Source: a virus. From it: DNA of 64,000 nucleotides. Position numbers and translations under genes: made by a program. Shown here piece by piece: positions 1-10,094 of the stretch. Below the pieces are notes generated by a model that did not search any database, was not told the DNA's origin, and saw only the letters and a list, made by a program, of their open reading frames with translations. How positions within the stretch are numbered: the first letter of the stretch is position 1; each line of letters opens with the position of its first letter. The stretch spans positions 94,330 through 158,329 of the IMG/VR virus record IMGVR_UViG_3300028920_000032. The stretch is one strand, 5' to 3'.

Positions 1-219
1 AAATGAATAAGCTCTACCTTTTGTTGTAGTATATGAATCTTGATGCATGAAGCATTTATATAAAGCAAATTGAATATAATCATCTCGTTCTTTAAAATTT
101 ATACCTTTACGAGAAACTTGATGCTTGGCAATAGAGTATAGAAAATTATAAAATTTGTCACTTCTTTTACGATCAATCCATGATTGATCCATTTCATCTT
201 TATTTATGTTTAATGACAT
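1..219 (-). CDS. Partial ORF running off the window edge; possible sigma-factor-like protein
   Basis: Not in ORF track. GAGGAGG RBS then MSLNINKDEM...IAKHQVSRKGINFKERDDYIQFALYKCFMHQDSYTTTKGRAYSF, loosely like sigma region 2 / T4 gp55-type proteins. Confidence 0.35.
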   Translation of the reverse strand, partial: MSLNINKDEMDQSWIDRKRSDKFYNFLYSIAKHQVSRKGINFKERDDYIQFALYKCFMHQDSYTTTKGRAYSF

Positions 220-245
220 ATTGCCTCCTCAATTATATTATAAAT

Positions 246-1541
246 TTATTTCGATTTTTCATCTTCAATTAATATTATTTGACCAAAGCCTGGCTTAAAA
301 TTGTTATTATTGACTACTGCCCATACAGTTGGAATATTATAGTGATTGATTCCTAGATCAAAATATCCATCAGTAAAATTTACTAGAATAACAGCATATT
401 TTCTAAGATTGTTATAAACATAATCATATAAGTCTTGGCAGTCTGTACCACCACGACCTTGAACTTCTATCTTTTTCCAATCGCCTTTATTATAAGTGTA
501 ATGTCGTTGAACTTTAGTATCCCACTCAATAACAATTAGATTAGTAAAATCTTTTACTATTTTTTCAATCTGCCCAAAAAATTTTTGTAAATCATCATCA
601 TCAATACTTCCTGAAGTGTCTACTGAAACTAGTACTTTATTTGAAAGTTTCTTTATACCTGGGAGTGGTAGATTTCTTCTATTTCTTTTTGCCCAACTAT
701 TCCTTTGTATGTTACCAGGTGAATTTACATATCTTGACAAACACATTCTAAGTTTTTGCTTCCATGGGATTCTTTTAGTTTTAATAAGATCTTCACATTT
801 AGATTTTAAGTTTCCAGACATACTGCCCCATGATCTAGACTTAGCATGATTAACAGTTTCTTCAATAACCTGTTTGTCCATTTCGCTTAGCCGCTTATTC
901 ATCTGACCATGGTTATCTGTTGTATTAAGTTGTTTCTTCTTTTTATCTTTGCTTCCAGTACCACCACAACTTGGACATGTTTTGTTGTCTTTCATTCCAG
1001 TTCCACCACAATCTGGACAAGTGCTGTCGTTTTCTTCTTTTCCATTTCCACCTGCACCAGCTCCTTTTGAATTAATAGATATCTGTTCAGCTTTAGACAT
1101 GATAAAATCATATACAGGTTCAGAAATAGATTCTCCTTTATAACCCATCTCTTTCATCTGCTCCATAGTAACAACACCTTTAAATAATTCTAATTGGCGA
1201 CCGCCTATAGTAGAAGTGACTACAGTTTCGTTTATACATGCATCTTGTGCAACATTAAAAGCAAATATATGTCTGTCACCAACTCTTTCATGGAACTTAT
1301 TAAGTATATGCATTATTTCATGTACTAATGTACCTTCTAATTGAAGAGAGCTTAGTTTTTCTATAAAATCAGGAGCATATGCTAAATGTATACGACCATT
1401 ATGTATAGATACACCAGCAGTCCCTATTTCTGGCATTGGCTTATACTTAAACCTCAATAAGAATTCTGCAAAGAATGGACAATCTGACTGCCATCGTATA
1501 CATATGTCGCTGATTTTTTCATGCATATTCCTAACTATCAT
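246..1541 (-). CDS. DUF2201-type zincin metallopeptidase + CxxCxGxG zinc finger + vWA domain protein
   Basis: HEIMH zincin motif, CPDCGGTG/CPSCGGTG, MIDAS DTSGS, GRGGT, FTDG; adjacent to MoxR. Confidence 0.85.
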   Translation of the reverse strand: MIVRNMHEKISDICIRWQSDCPFFAEFLLRFKYKPMPEIGTAGVSIHNGRIHLAYAPDFIEKLSSLQLEGTLVHEIMHILNKFHERVGDRHIFAFNVAQDACINETVVTSTIGGRQLELFKGVVTMEQMKEMGYKGESISEPVYDFIMSKAEQISINSKGAGAGGNGKEENDSTCPDCGGTGMKDNKTCPSCGGTGSKDKKKKQLNTTDNHGQMNKRLSEMDKQVIEETVNHAKSRSWGSMSGNLKSKCEDLIKTKRIPWKQKLRMCLSRYVNSPGNIQRNSWAKRNRRNLPLPGIKKLSNKVLVSVDTSGSIDDDDLQKFFGQIEKIVKDFTNLIVIEWDTKVQRHYTYNKGDWKKIEVQGRGGTDCQDLYDYVYNNLRKYAVILVNFTDGYFDLGINHYNIPTVWAVVNNNNFKPGFGQIILIEDEKSK

Positions 1542-2698
1542 TATTTTGAATCCTTTGCTTTTCTAAGTATATTAGAAATAGTAGAGTTCATTTCATCATA
1601 TAGATCCAGATATGGATCCATAAATTCACATTCTTTACCATTGTATTGTTTAAGAGATCCACTATATTTAATATTCATATTTACTAATGTTTTAAATGCT
1701 GCTATCATATGATCTTTGTCAACATGATTAGTCAAGAAGTTGTGGATATTTTTAATTCGCTCATCATTAAGTTCTGGATGTGTTTTAATAAAAGCAACAA
1801 GTTCAGTTGAAAGTGAATATTTCTTTGGTCTTTCTAAGCTCTTGATTTTTGATTTAAATTGTTCATATCTTTCTAAAATATCAATTGGAGTTATTTTAGC
1901 TTTAGTTTTTAAATAATCTCTCAATGATACGGCAACTGCACCTATTAAACCTGGACCGAATGTGTCAACTATAGACTCAGCTCTCATCTTAGGATTTTGT
2001 ATAATAAGCTGAGACATCTTGTCCCATGTTCTTGGAGTTGCATATGCAACATCTTCTTCTTTAGGATCTACATAAATGTTTGATGGTTTTGTTTCAAGAA
2101 AGCCGATGATATCAGGATGAATATTACCTTCTCCCTTGGCCCATAGTAACCAACAATCAAACATCTCAGTATCATCTACAAAGAAATGTATAAATCTGTT
2201 ATTAAATGCAGCGTCAGTTATTTCTGTAACTTCGGTATGATCATTCTCACCAAGATTACCAGCACATACTACAAACCAATTATCTAAAAGATTATGTAAA
2301 CCAACTCTTCTATCATTCACTAATTCAAAAAGTGATTGAATTACATCAAATTTAGATCGATTGATTTCATCTAAAAATAATATGCCACCGTCACTGAATT
2401 TCTTTCCTTTGTTAATTCTTCCAGGTACAGGAAGATCGGCAAATTTTTCAAATGGGAGCATTTCTGGGGGATACCAACGACAACTACCTGTTTCTTCATT
2501 AGCTTTAGGAATTCCCCTAGTATCACAAGATTCTAGTTGTGAAAATCTTACATCAATAAATGAAATACCTAATAATGCTGCTAACTGTGCAAAAATAGCT
2601 GATTTACCAATACCAGGTTTGCCATGAACATAAGGTACACAGACTTGTGGTGTTTTCAATAAAATTTCTACAGCCTGCTTAATTTCTGCTATAGTCAT
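1541..2698 (-). CDS. MoxR-family AAA+ ATPase
   Basis: Walker A GKPGIGKS, Walker B LFLDEINR, AGN sensor, NRF, TPRTW. Confidence 0.9.
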   Translation of the reverse strand: MTIAEIKQAVEILLKTPQVCVPYVHGKPGIGKSAIFAQLAALLGISFIDVRFSQLESCDTRGIPKANEETGSCRWYPPEMLPFEKFADLPVPGRINKGKKFSDGGILFLDEINRSKFDVIQSLFELVNDRRVGLHNLLDNWFVVCAGNLGENDHTEVTEITDAAFNNRFIHFFVDDTEMFDCWLLWAKGEGNIHPDIIGFLETKPSNIYVDPKEEDVAYATPRTWDKMSQLIIQNPKMRAESIVDTFGPGLIGAVAVSLRDYLKTKAKITPIDILERYEQFKSKIKSLERPKKYSLSTELVAFIKTHPELNDERIKNIHNFLTNHVDKDHMIAAFKTLVNMNIKYSGSLKQYNGKECEFMDPYLDLYDEMNSTISNILRKAKDSK

Positions 2699-2760
2699 AT
2701 TACCTCCTCTTTTATGATATTTTAATTATATTGAAAACTCGAAACTATTTAAACTATTTT

Positions 2761-3552
2761 TTAAAAACCATCAAATAGTTGATTTGAAGCATACCGTGTG
2801 TATGTTTTTTTTCCGAAGAAAAAGCAGTATTTATACTTATTAATAAAAAATATTTTTTTATTTCTTTTTTGGTTTAACCAATCATTTAATATTTGACCAT
2901 CATTCCAATGCATATAAGGAGACGTCTGTGCGTATTTGTTTGTTTGTTGTCGGTAGAAAGTTATTATTTCTTCATCTGAATATTCTCGGAAAGCATCATA
3001 GCCATGTTTTTCAAAAAGCAATAATTCAAATATTTCACAACTTTCATCAATTGATAATAATTCTGTATGAGTGTGTGGACCAGTTGAATTACCATATGTT
3101 CCAGCAGAACCGATCAACCAATCTTGTTTATATTCAGTCTCAACTAAAAATTGTTTAAGACTCCATGGTATAATATTTTGTGTAGGGTGCATATGCGCAA
3201 TTCGCATCTCAAATTGATAAGTTTTTGAAGTTAAGAAGATTAAAGATCCATAATCTTTATTATTATAATCTTTAAATCCAGTCGAATCAAAATTAAATGG
3301 GCAAACTACAACATCATTTATACCCCGCACAGTACCACCTCTTGCTCTATCAACACCACTATGTATTCTTACATATCCATTTTCCCAATTAGGTCCCCAT
3401 CCTTCTTCTATGCCAAATTGAGCAGTGAAAGCAGCTCCTTTTCTATAACTAAAACCTTCTTTAATTTTATTTTCAACTTCAAATTTACGAAGTAACAATT
3501 TATCAGCTTGAGTGGGTTTTGGTGCAACAAAGTCATGGTGTATATTAGACAT
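2761..3552 (-). CDS. M23-like peptidase
   Basis: HSGVD, AHM, GxSTGPHTH motifs. Confidence 0.65.
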   Translation of the reverse strand: MSNIHHDFVAPKPTQADKLLLRKFEVENKIKEGFSYRKGAAFTAQFGIEEGWGPNWENGYVRIHSGVDRARGGTVRGINDVVVCPFNFDSTGFKDYNNKDYGSLIFLTSKTYQFEMRIAHMHPTQNIIPWSLKQFLVETEYKQDWLIGSAGTYGNSTGPHTHTELLSIDESCEIFELLLFEKHGYDAFREYSDEEIITFYRQQTNKYAQTSPYMHWNDGQILNDWLNQKRNKKIFFINKYKYCFFFGKKTYTRYASNQLFDGF

Positions 3553-3754
3553 TCTTCTTCTTCCAATCTTTTAGAGCTTTTTCATACTTTTCATCTGTCT
3601 TATAATCTTCTCTCTTTGGGCAATTACCCTTTCTTCTTCCTTTCCCGGCTAAACCTGGTCCCGGACCCGAACCATCGGGAACACCACGTGTACCTTTATA
3701 GCCTTCATTTTTTAATTCTTTGTTTAATTTATCTAAGGTGTCTTTAAGTTCCAT
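3545..3754 (-). CDS. Small basic hypothetical protein
   Basis: GGAGG RBS before MELKD; RGVPDGSGPGPG motif. Confidence 0.5.
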   Translation of the reverse strand: MELKDTLDKLNKELKNEGYKGTRGVPDGSGPGPGLAGKGRRKGNCPKREDYKTDEKYEKALKDWKKKNV

Positions 3755-4247
3755 TGTTTCCTCCAACTTTTTTACCAATTCTATTTATTGTTATGTTGTT
3801 CAAGTGATCGCATTCATGTTGAAAAACTTGAGCAAACAAACCATCTAATTCCTGCTTTACTCTTTTAACATTATCGCTAGAGTCTATTTCATCCCAGCTT
3901 GCTATAATTTTTTTATGCCTGGTAACAAGATATGTATCTTTACCATAAGTTAAACAACCTTCTTCAACTTGATATATTTCTTTTCCTTTGAATTTATATT
4001 CAGCATTAATAAAGACACACCAATTACCCATATTAACTTGACCTTTAACTTTAGTATCTGGTCGAAATGCCACAAAAAACTTTTTTCTGATACCAACTTG
4101 AATAGCAGCCAAACCAATACCATTTTTACGACTACATAGTGATATCATTTGTTTAAGGATTTTACTTTGTAAAAGTTTAAGAATGTCTTTACGCGTCAAC
4201 TCAGCACAAGTAACATTCTCAACATACTGTGGTTTTTCTAAAGTCAT
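3744..4247 (-). CDS. def: Peptide deformylase
   Basis: GIGLAAIQVG, EGCL, QHECDHL motifs; start moved to the RBS-supported MTLEK. Confidence 0.93.
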   Translation of the reverse strand: MTLEKPQYVENVTCAELTRKDILKLLQSKILKQMISLCSRKNGIGLAAIQVGIRKKFFVAFRPDTKVKGQVNMGNWCVFINAEYKFKGKEIYQVEEGCLTYGKDTYLVTRHKKIIASWDEIDSSDNVKRVKQELDGLFAQVFQHECDHLNNITINRIGKKVGGNNGT

Positions 4248-4278
4248 ATTTTCTCCTCTTAAGAATATATGCGACACA

Positions 4279-4307
4279 GGAAGGGGAGCAGCTTAAGCTC
4301 CCCTTCC
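4279..4307 (-). terminator. GC-rich hairpin, probable terminator
   Basis: GGAAGGGGAGC...GCTCCCCTTCC 11-bp inverted repeat downstream of 4336..4770. Confidence 0.55.
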
Positions 4308-4335
4308 ATAATAATATTAATACAATTAATATTTC

Positions 4336-4770
4336 TTATTTTTTAGCTTTTAGCATCTTTATGTTCTGTGCTGTAAATCCTTTTTTGTACTTTGCATTTC
4401 CAGCGATCTCAATTGCTAAATTGACAATGTCGAGAAAATTTCCACTAGGATTATCAATGATCTTATATCCCACTCCAGCTTCAGAAATCATTTCTTCACC
4501 AAATAATTCTTCACCAGTTTCTCCTTTAGCGCCTAACTCAGCTTCAGTAAAAAATGCTGTTGACCAACTTCCTTTTTTCTCACCATTTTTGTCATGCTCA
4601 AGAATAACCATGTCATAACCACTTGGTTGAAATGCCCAAATATAATTGATGTTAGCAGCTTTAAGAGCAACTTTAACTTTTGCATCAATTTTATCTCCTT
4701 CTTTTCCACCTTCAAAAAGGAGTTTTCCGCCGCTTCGATCTAGCTCTTCTAAAAAGTTTTTAACTTTCAT
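4336..4770 (-). CDS. Hypothetical protein, possible virion internal protein
   Basis: ORF with RBS; N-terminus MKVKNFLEE resembles T4-type capsid-targeting sequences. Confidence 0.55.
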   Translation of the reverse strand: MKVKNFLEELDRSGGKLLFEGGKEGDKIDAKVKVALKAANINYIWAFQPSGYDMVILEHDKNGEKKGSWSTAFFTEAELGAKGETGEELFGEEMISEAGVGYKIIDNPSGNFLDIVNLAIEIAGNAKYKKGFTAQNIKMLKAKK

Positions 4771-4785
4771 TTGTTTCCTCCATTA

Positions 4786-6435
4786 TTATATCTTATAACT
4801 CTCATATACAATTACATTTTTAGGATGTACATATTGTACTGTCCCATCTATTATTAAATATAATATGCTATCATGGTGTACTTTATATAACATACCCAAA
4901 TTTTTATCTGAGGGTGTTGTAAAAAATTCACCATCAGTAGCTATTAATAAAAATGGTACTACAATTGGTACCATATCATTTTTATCTATATTATCTTGTT
5001 TTACAATGGTCTTTTTTTCAGTTTCTTCTTTATCACTTATGGGTTGAAATTGAGTTTTCTTTCCAAATAATTCACTCTGTGTGACAAATTCTAAAACAAT
5101 ATCATCAGCACTCATACCTTTTTCTGTAGGTTGTTTTAAAAGATTTAATAGAGCAAGCTGTGGGCTTTTGTCTTTATTATAAATAAGGTGATCATGCATA
5201 TAATCAAATATACATGTCGGAGTAGTTCCACCGCCTCCTACAACAGCTTCTTCGCCACCTGCATATTTTCGCCAATCGCCAGCTTTATATTCACTAATAC
5301 CAGTTACTTCAGTGTCCCAAGTCATAAAATAAACTTTACCTTTAAATTTTCTTCCACCAGCATTAATTCCAGATTTAAAATTATTCGCTATTTTATCCAT
5401 TTCACTAAATACTTTTTCTATAGTTGTTTTGCCAATAGATCCAGATACATCTAATGCAACTATTAAAACTATTTCACCATATGGAGCTTTTTTAAATGGT
5501 CCTTTAAAAACTATCTTTTGTCCGGGAACATGTGAAGCCGGATGCATTAAGCCAGTAACAAAAGATTTTTCTTTTTGTTTTCCAACACCAGTTTTCATTT
5601 TTTTGCTAGGTAATTTTGAAAATTTGTTTATAGAAGCAGCTGATTTTGATTTGAAGTCTTGTATTTTTTTCTTTAGTTCTTTTAGCCAATCAATTTTTGG
5701 TTCATATAAATTGCGAATTTTATCCATAGCAGATCCTGAACCAAAACCACCAGCTTGACCTTTTTCATTTCTACCATGACGTTCTCTCATGTCTTTTGCT
5801 TTTTCTAGGATGTCTTTTGTAATCTGCTTACTTTCTCCTTTTTGAGATTTGTTTAAAATATCATGTGAATCAAATGTATTGTGCTGACCACCCATTCTCT
5901 GTTCAGCACCTTTGCCTATTTCTTCTTTTGATGGTTGTTTGCCAGTTCCTACTGTTTGTTTTTTACGTTTAATGCTTCCACTTACTTCTTTCCCCTCACC
6001 TTCTTTTCTTTCTTTTCCTTCACCTTCTTTTCCTTCACCTTCTTTTCCTTCACCTTCTTTTCCTTCACCTTCTTTGCCAACTTTTCCAGTGCCACCACAA
6101 GTTGGACATTTTTGTTCTTTACCTTTAGTATCTTCTGTTTTTCCGGTACCTTCACAAGTTGGACATTCTTTTTGTTTAGGAGATAATTCACTAGGTTTAA
6201 CTTTTACTTTTTTATTTTGTTTTTGTTTACCACCACTTTTCGGAGGACCAGTTGAGATAACTTCTATTTCAACAGGTTTGCCATCAATTGGGTCTGGAAG
6301 TGCTGGGATTTCACCTTCACCTGCACCTGCAGGTGGTGTTATATAAACTGGTGTTATTTCATCACGATTAAATGTGATCTCATTACTTTTAGTGGCTTCA
6401 TCTAATTGTTGTAAAAAACTTTTAAAACTACTCAT
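4786..6435 (-). CDS. vWA domain protein with CxxCxGxG zinc finger and GKEGE repeats
   Basis: MIDAS DVSGS, GGGGT, ATDG; CPTCEGTG/CPTCGGTG. Confidence 0.8.
   Translation of the reverse strand: MSSFKSFLQQLDEATKSNEITFNRDEITPVYITPPAGAGEGEIPALPDPIDGKPVEIEVISTGPPKSGGKQKQNKKVKVKPSELSPKQKECPTCEGTGKTEDTKGKEQKCPTCGGTGKVGKEGEGKEGEGKEGEGKEGEGKERKEGEGKEVSGSIKRKKQTVGTGKQPSKEEIGKGAEQRMGGQHNTFDSHDILNKSQKGESKQITKDILEKAKDMRERHGRNEKGQAGGFGSGSAMDKIRNLYEPKIDWLKELKKKIQDFKSKSAASINKFSKLPSKKMKTGVGKQKEKSFVTGLMHPASHVPGQKIVFKGPFKKAPYGEIVLIVALDVSGSIGKTTIEKVFSEMDKIANNFKSGINAGGRKFKGKVYFMTWDTEVTGISEYKAGDWRKYAGGEEAVVGGGGTTPTCIFDYMHDHLIYNKDKSPQLALLNLLKQPTEKGMSADDIVLEFVTQSELFGKKTQFQPISDKEETEKKTIVKQDNIDKNDMVPIVVPFLLIATDGEFFTTPSDKNLGMLYKVHHDSILYLIIDGTVQYVHPKNVIVYESYKI
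5990..6076 (-). repeat. 15-bp coding tandem repeat (GKEGE, about 5 copies)
   Basis: ccttcttttccttca repeated on the + strand. Confidence 0.85.
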
Positions 6436-6437
6436 TA

Positions 6438-7310
6438 TTATTTACCTCCACTAACTTTACGAATCTCATCTTGAATATCAACTGGAATAGTTATATAATT
6501 TCCTTGCTTGTCTTTTCCAGTTATTTTTCTATATTCACCAGCATGTTTTCCAGAATTGACTTTAACTATAGTGCCATCTGAAAAATAATCATAAGGAGGT
6601 TGTTTATTCTGTTTCTTTTGTTTTTTTTGTTTAGCTAATAAATATTCATACATCCTATCAGATGTCCAGGGTAATCTAATTTTGTCTTTATTTTTTTCAA
6701 TATGTTTTTCATATTCTTCTGGAACTTTTAGAACTGCTCGATCATTTTTTATTTGATCCCATGTTTTACCAGTTTGTTTTTCTATCATTTTTTTTTCTTC
6801 ATCTGTATAACTCATAACATCATGACTTATCCATTCAGGTGCCCATGAACTAATTTTTGGAGTTGCCATAATATCTTTATTTATAATCATATCGGTGGCA
6901 CTATTCCATAATTCACCTTCTTTTCCACTAGCATCTTGTCTATCTTGATGCAATCTAAAAATGTGATCAGCTTCATGTGCAATCAGAAACATAATCATTC
7001 CTGGTTTTTTTGCAATTCTATCAATAAATTCTTTATCGTAATAAAACTCTATTTTATCATTTGCTGCTCTAACACCTGCAGTACGCATCCAACCTGGTGC
7101 ATTTTTATTTTTAACCATCCACCATTCACAATATTGTATAAATTCGTATAACTCATATTCATCGTTGTCTAAGAAAGACTGTCTTATGATGGCTATTGGC
7201 TTTGGTATAGAAGTACGTTCTGCTTGTAAATAGCGACGTGCTTCTTCCATACTCATGTCTTCTATATTTTCTTTTGCTTCTAGAATAACATCAAATAATG
7301 TTTTAGCCAT
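6438..7310 (-). CDS. Stand-alone DUF2201-N-like zincin metallopeptidase
   Basis: HEADH, WNSATDMIIN; paralogous to the N-terminal half of 246..1541. Confidence 0.75.
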   Translation of the reverse strand: MAKTLFDVILEAKENIEDMSMEEARRYLQAERTSIPKPIAIIRQSFLDNDEYELYEFIQYCEWWMVKNKNAPGWMRTAGVRAANDKIEFYYDKEFIDRIAKKPGMIMFLIAHEADHIFRLHQDRQDASGKEGELWNSATDMIINKDIMATPKISSWAPEWISHDVMSYTDEEKKMIEKQTGKTWDQIKNDRAVLKVPEEYEKHIEKNKDKIRLPWTSDRMYEYLLAKQKKQKKQNKQPPYDYFSDGTIVKVNSGKHAGEYRKITGKDKQGNYITIPVDIQDEIRKVSGGK

Positions 7311-9730
7311 TATTTTACTCCACCTTCATGAAGCTTTTTAAAGAATAAATGCATATTCATACTTTCTTCTTTTTTCTCTTTCTTTTCTTTTTTAGGAATT
7401 GATTTTTTTTCTTCTGAAAATAAAGATTCAAGCTCTTTCTCAACTTGTGATTTAGTTTTCATTTTAGTTTTAATAGCTTCTTCATAAGCTGCCCAACCTT
7501 CTCCAACAGCTTTCTGATGAATTTTTCTTATCACATCATGTCCTTTTTTAGCTCTTGTGTCAATTAAATGCAAAAAGGAAGCAAAGTCATCATCAGGTAT
7601 ATTTAAATCTTTTTTTAATTGTTGAAAAGTTTTTAATAATTGGTGTTCAATACCAGCTTTAGATATAACTGGCCATTTATTTTGCTTCATAAATGTTTCA
7701 ATTTCAGAAGAATTTTTAAATTGTTCTAGAGCATATAATAATTGAGCTAAAAATCTTGGTATAGTACCAAATCCAAGATTGGTGAAATTTTTCATTACTA
7801 AAGGTCTTACGGCTTTATAATTAAATAATATATCATAATGTGAAACGCCTTTCTTTATTTCTTTTTTGAAATTTCTAATAATATCATAGACAATACTAAC
7901 TCCATTATCTCCAAAGTGACAAGCTTGTAGTGACATTAATGAAACTTGAGTTTGGCTTTTATCCATATAGGCAGCAAACAAATAATCATTTACATTTTTA
8001 GATAATTTTGTTTTTTCTCCTTTTTCATTTATTGCTGCTTCTCCACTCTTTTCCATTTCTTTCATTATTTGTTCAGCTTTTGGACGTAACTTTTCTTTTT
8101 CTTCATCGTTTAATCGAGAAAAATTAACAAAACCAGATTCAATCATATGATCTGCAACCATTGTCCAAGCTCTAGGAGACATAGTTCTAGCTCCTCCTCC
8201 GCCTTTACCTCCAGCAACTTCTACTGGTAATAAGAATGGAGCTTCCATTGCTGTAATATCAGGATCTTCTGATTTCTTTTGAGTTAATTTAGTTATATAA
8301 CTAATTATAATTCCAGGAATTCTTACCAGTAATGGTAAAGATTCACCGCTTTCAAAATTTGCAACAAATTTTTTACCACCAAAATTATTTATCCATGATG
8401 CAGCATGATATCGACCAAAAACAACTTGTTGTATCCTTTCTAGTGTAGCGATGTCAAGATTATTTATTTCGTTAACAGCATCATAGACACCTTTTTGTTG
8501 ACCAGTGTTCATTGCCAATACTATTACAATTTTCTTAGGTAAGTGATATCTTTCAATCTTTTCAATTTTACCTTTCTTCCTAATTACTTCAGAAGCTCCA
8601 CCTAATTCACCACTTAATAACAAGTTCATAACAGCTGCCATTTTTTCTGAATCTGCTCTATTAAACTCATCAAAAAATAATAACCAGTTGTCAACATCTC
8701 CAGATGGGGGTAAATATTCTGATGGTGCCAGCTTTACAATAGTTTTGGCTAACTGTAATCTATCTTCTTTTGAAGCGTTTTCTGGATCATCAAAAACTTT
8801 TTTTAGATATGGGAATCCTTGTACTACTTCTAATGCAACTTTCTGTAATTCAAGTGGAAAATAATGAAAACCTTGTTTCTCAGCTGCCTGTTTGATAATC
8901 ATTGATTTTCCCCAACCAGTAGGTGCGTATATAGCAATATTTTTTACCATACTACCTTTCATTACTTTACCACTTTTTACTTTTTCCATAAGTTCATTTA
9001 ACATTTTTACAAAATGACCATAGTGAACTTCAACTGGTCGTATTTTTTCAACTTTATCTTCTGTTTTTTCTAATGCACTAGTACCAGCTGACAATATTAA
9101 TTTAGAAGCTAAAGAGTACATAGAAGCTTTTAGTTTTTCTTCATCTTCTTCTTCATCATCATCAGTCTCTTCACTTAATAATTGTTTAAGTTTTTTAGAA
9201 AGTTTATAATCAATTCCTTCTTGTACAGCTTTTTGTTTTGGTTCTATTATATGCATTATTCCAAACCCCTTAGGGCCATTAACAGTTACGCCGAAACCAA
9301 AATCCATTGTTTCAGAAAGATATACATCCATTTTACCAACAGAAGTTTTATTATATTCAGCCGTAAGTACATTCTCTCCAAATGGGGCTTTATTGTAATT
9401 GATATCATTAGCCGGTGGAATCAACATATCACCTTTTTTGTTAAACATAATAAATTTATTTCCAACTGTCTTTGCTATGGCGACACCAAATTTCCATCCC
9501 CACTGTGCCACAGCTTTAATTTTATTAGTAAGTTTTTTCCAACCAGACTTAACAGCGGCACCAGCTTTTTTAACAACATCACTAAATTTTTCATTAATTT
9601 GGTCTTCAGCAGATATTTCATTAGATATTTGCTCTAATAAATTTATTTTTTTAATGCCTCTACGAGTAATGGTAGGTTTTTTATTAGTTATTTCATTATT
9701 AATTCTTTTTATGAATTTATCCCAACTCAT
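7310..9730 (-). CDS. Large MoxR-like AAA+ ATPase with N-terminal extension
   Basis: Walker A APTGWGKS, Walker B LFFDEFNR, AMN, SPRAW. Confidence 0.85.
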   Translation of the reverse strand: MSWDKFIKRINNEITNKKPTITRRGIKKINLLEQISNEISAEDQINEKFSDVVKKAGAAVKSGWKKLTNKIKAVAQWGWKFGVAIAKTVGNKFIMFNKKGDMLIPPANDINYNKAPFGENVLTAEYNKTSVGKMDVYLSETMDFGFGVTVNGPKGFGIMHIIEPKQKAVQEGIDYKLSKKLKQLLSEETDDDEEEDEEKLKASMYSLASKLILSAGTSALEKTEDKVEKIRPVEVHYGHFVKMLNELMEKVKSGKVMKGSMVKNIAIYAPTGWGKSMIIKQAAEKQGFHYFPLELQKVALEVVQGFPYLKKVFDDPENASKEDRLQLAKTIVKLAPSEYLPPSGDVDNWLLFFDEFNRADSEKMAAVMNLLLSGELGGASEVIRKKGKIEKIERYHLPKKIVIVLAMNTGQQKGVYDAVNEINNLDIATLERIQQVVFGRYHAASWINNFGGKKFVANFESGESLPLLVRIPGIIISYITKLTQKKSEDPDITAMEAPFLLPVEVAGGKGGGGARTMSPRAWTMVADHMIESGFVNFSRLNDEEKEKLRPKAEQIMKEMEKSGEAAINEKGEKTKLSKNVNDYLFAAYMDKSQTQVSLMSLQACHFGDNGVSIVYDIIRNFKKEIKKGVSHYDILFNYKAVRPLVMKNFTNLGFGTIPRFLAQLLYALEQFKNSSEIETFMKQNKWPVISKAGIEHQLLKTFQQLKKDLNIPDDDFASFLHLIDTRAKKGHDVIRKIHQKAVGEGWAAYEEAIKTKMKTKSQVEKELESLFSEEKKSIPKKEKKEKKEESMNMHLFFKKLHEGGVK

Positions 9731-9842
9731 CTTAGTTGCTCCTCATATTTTATCACAAAATATCTTACAATTTGATTTTAATTATCTTGCTTTTTATGTA
9801 TATAAACAATAGTTACAATTTCATTTATTAGAGTAAAATTTA

Positions 9843-10034
9843 TCAATCATCTTCTTTAAGTCTTTCATCAATCATATCTGTGCTGAATGAAAGTAGGGTT
9901 AAAAAAGCTTTAAAATAATTAATATATTCATCAAGCATAGTGTCGCGACCATCCGGTATTCTGATTTCGACAGATTTATAGTTATATCTATCTCCTTCAG
10001 GAATATCATCTATATCAAATTTAAAAATAATCAT
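9843..10034 (-). CDS. Hypothetical protein
   Basis: ORF with RBS. Confidence 0.5.
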   Translation of the reverse strand: MIIFKFDIDDIPEGDRYNYKSVEIRIPDGRDTMLDEYINYFKAFLTLLSFSTDMIDERLKEDD

Positions 10035-10094
10035 ATAGTCTTCCTTGTTTTATAAATATATGCCGCATATGTTTATAAAACAAAGGTAAACAAT

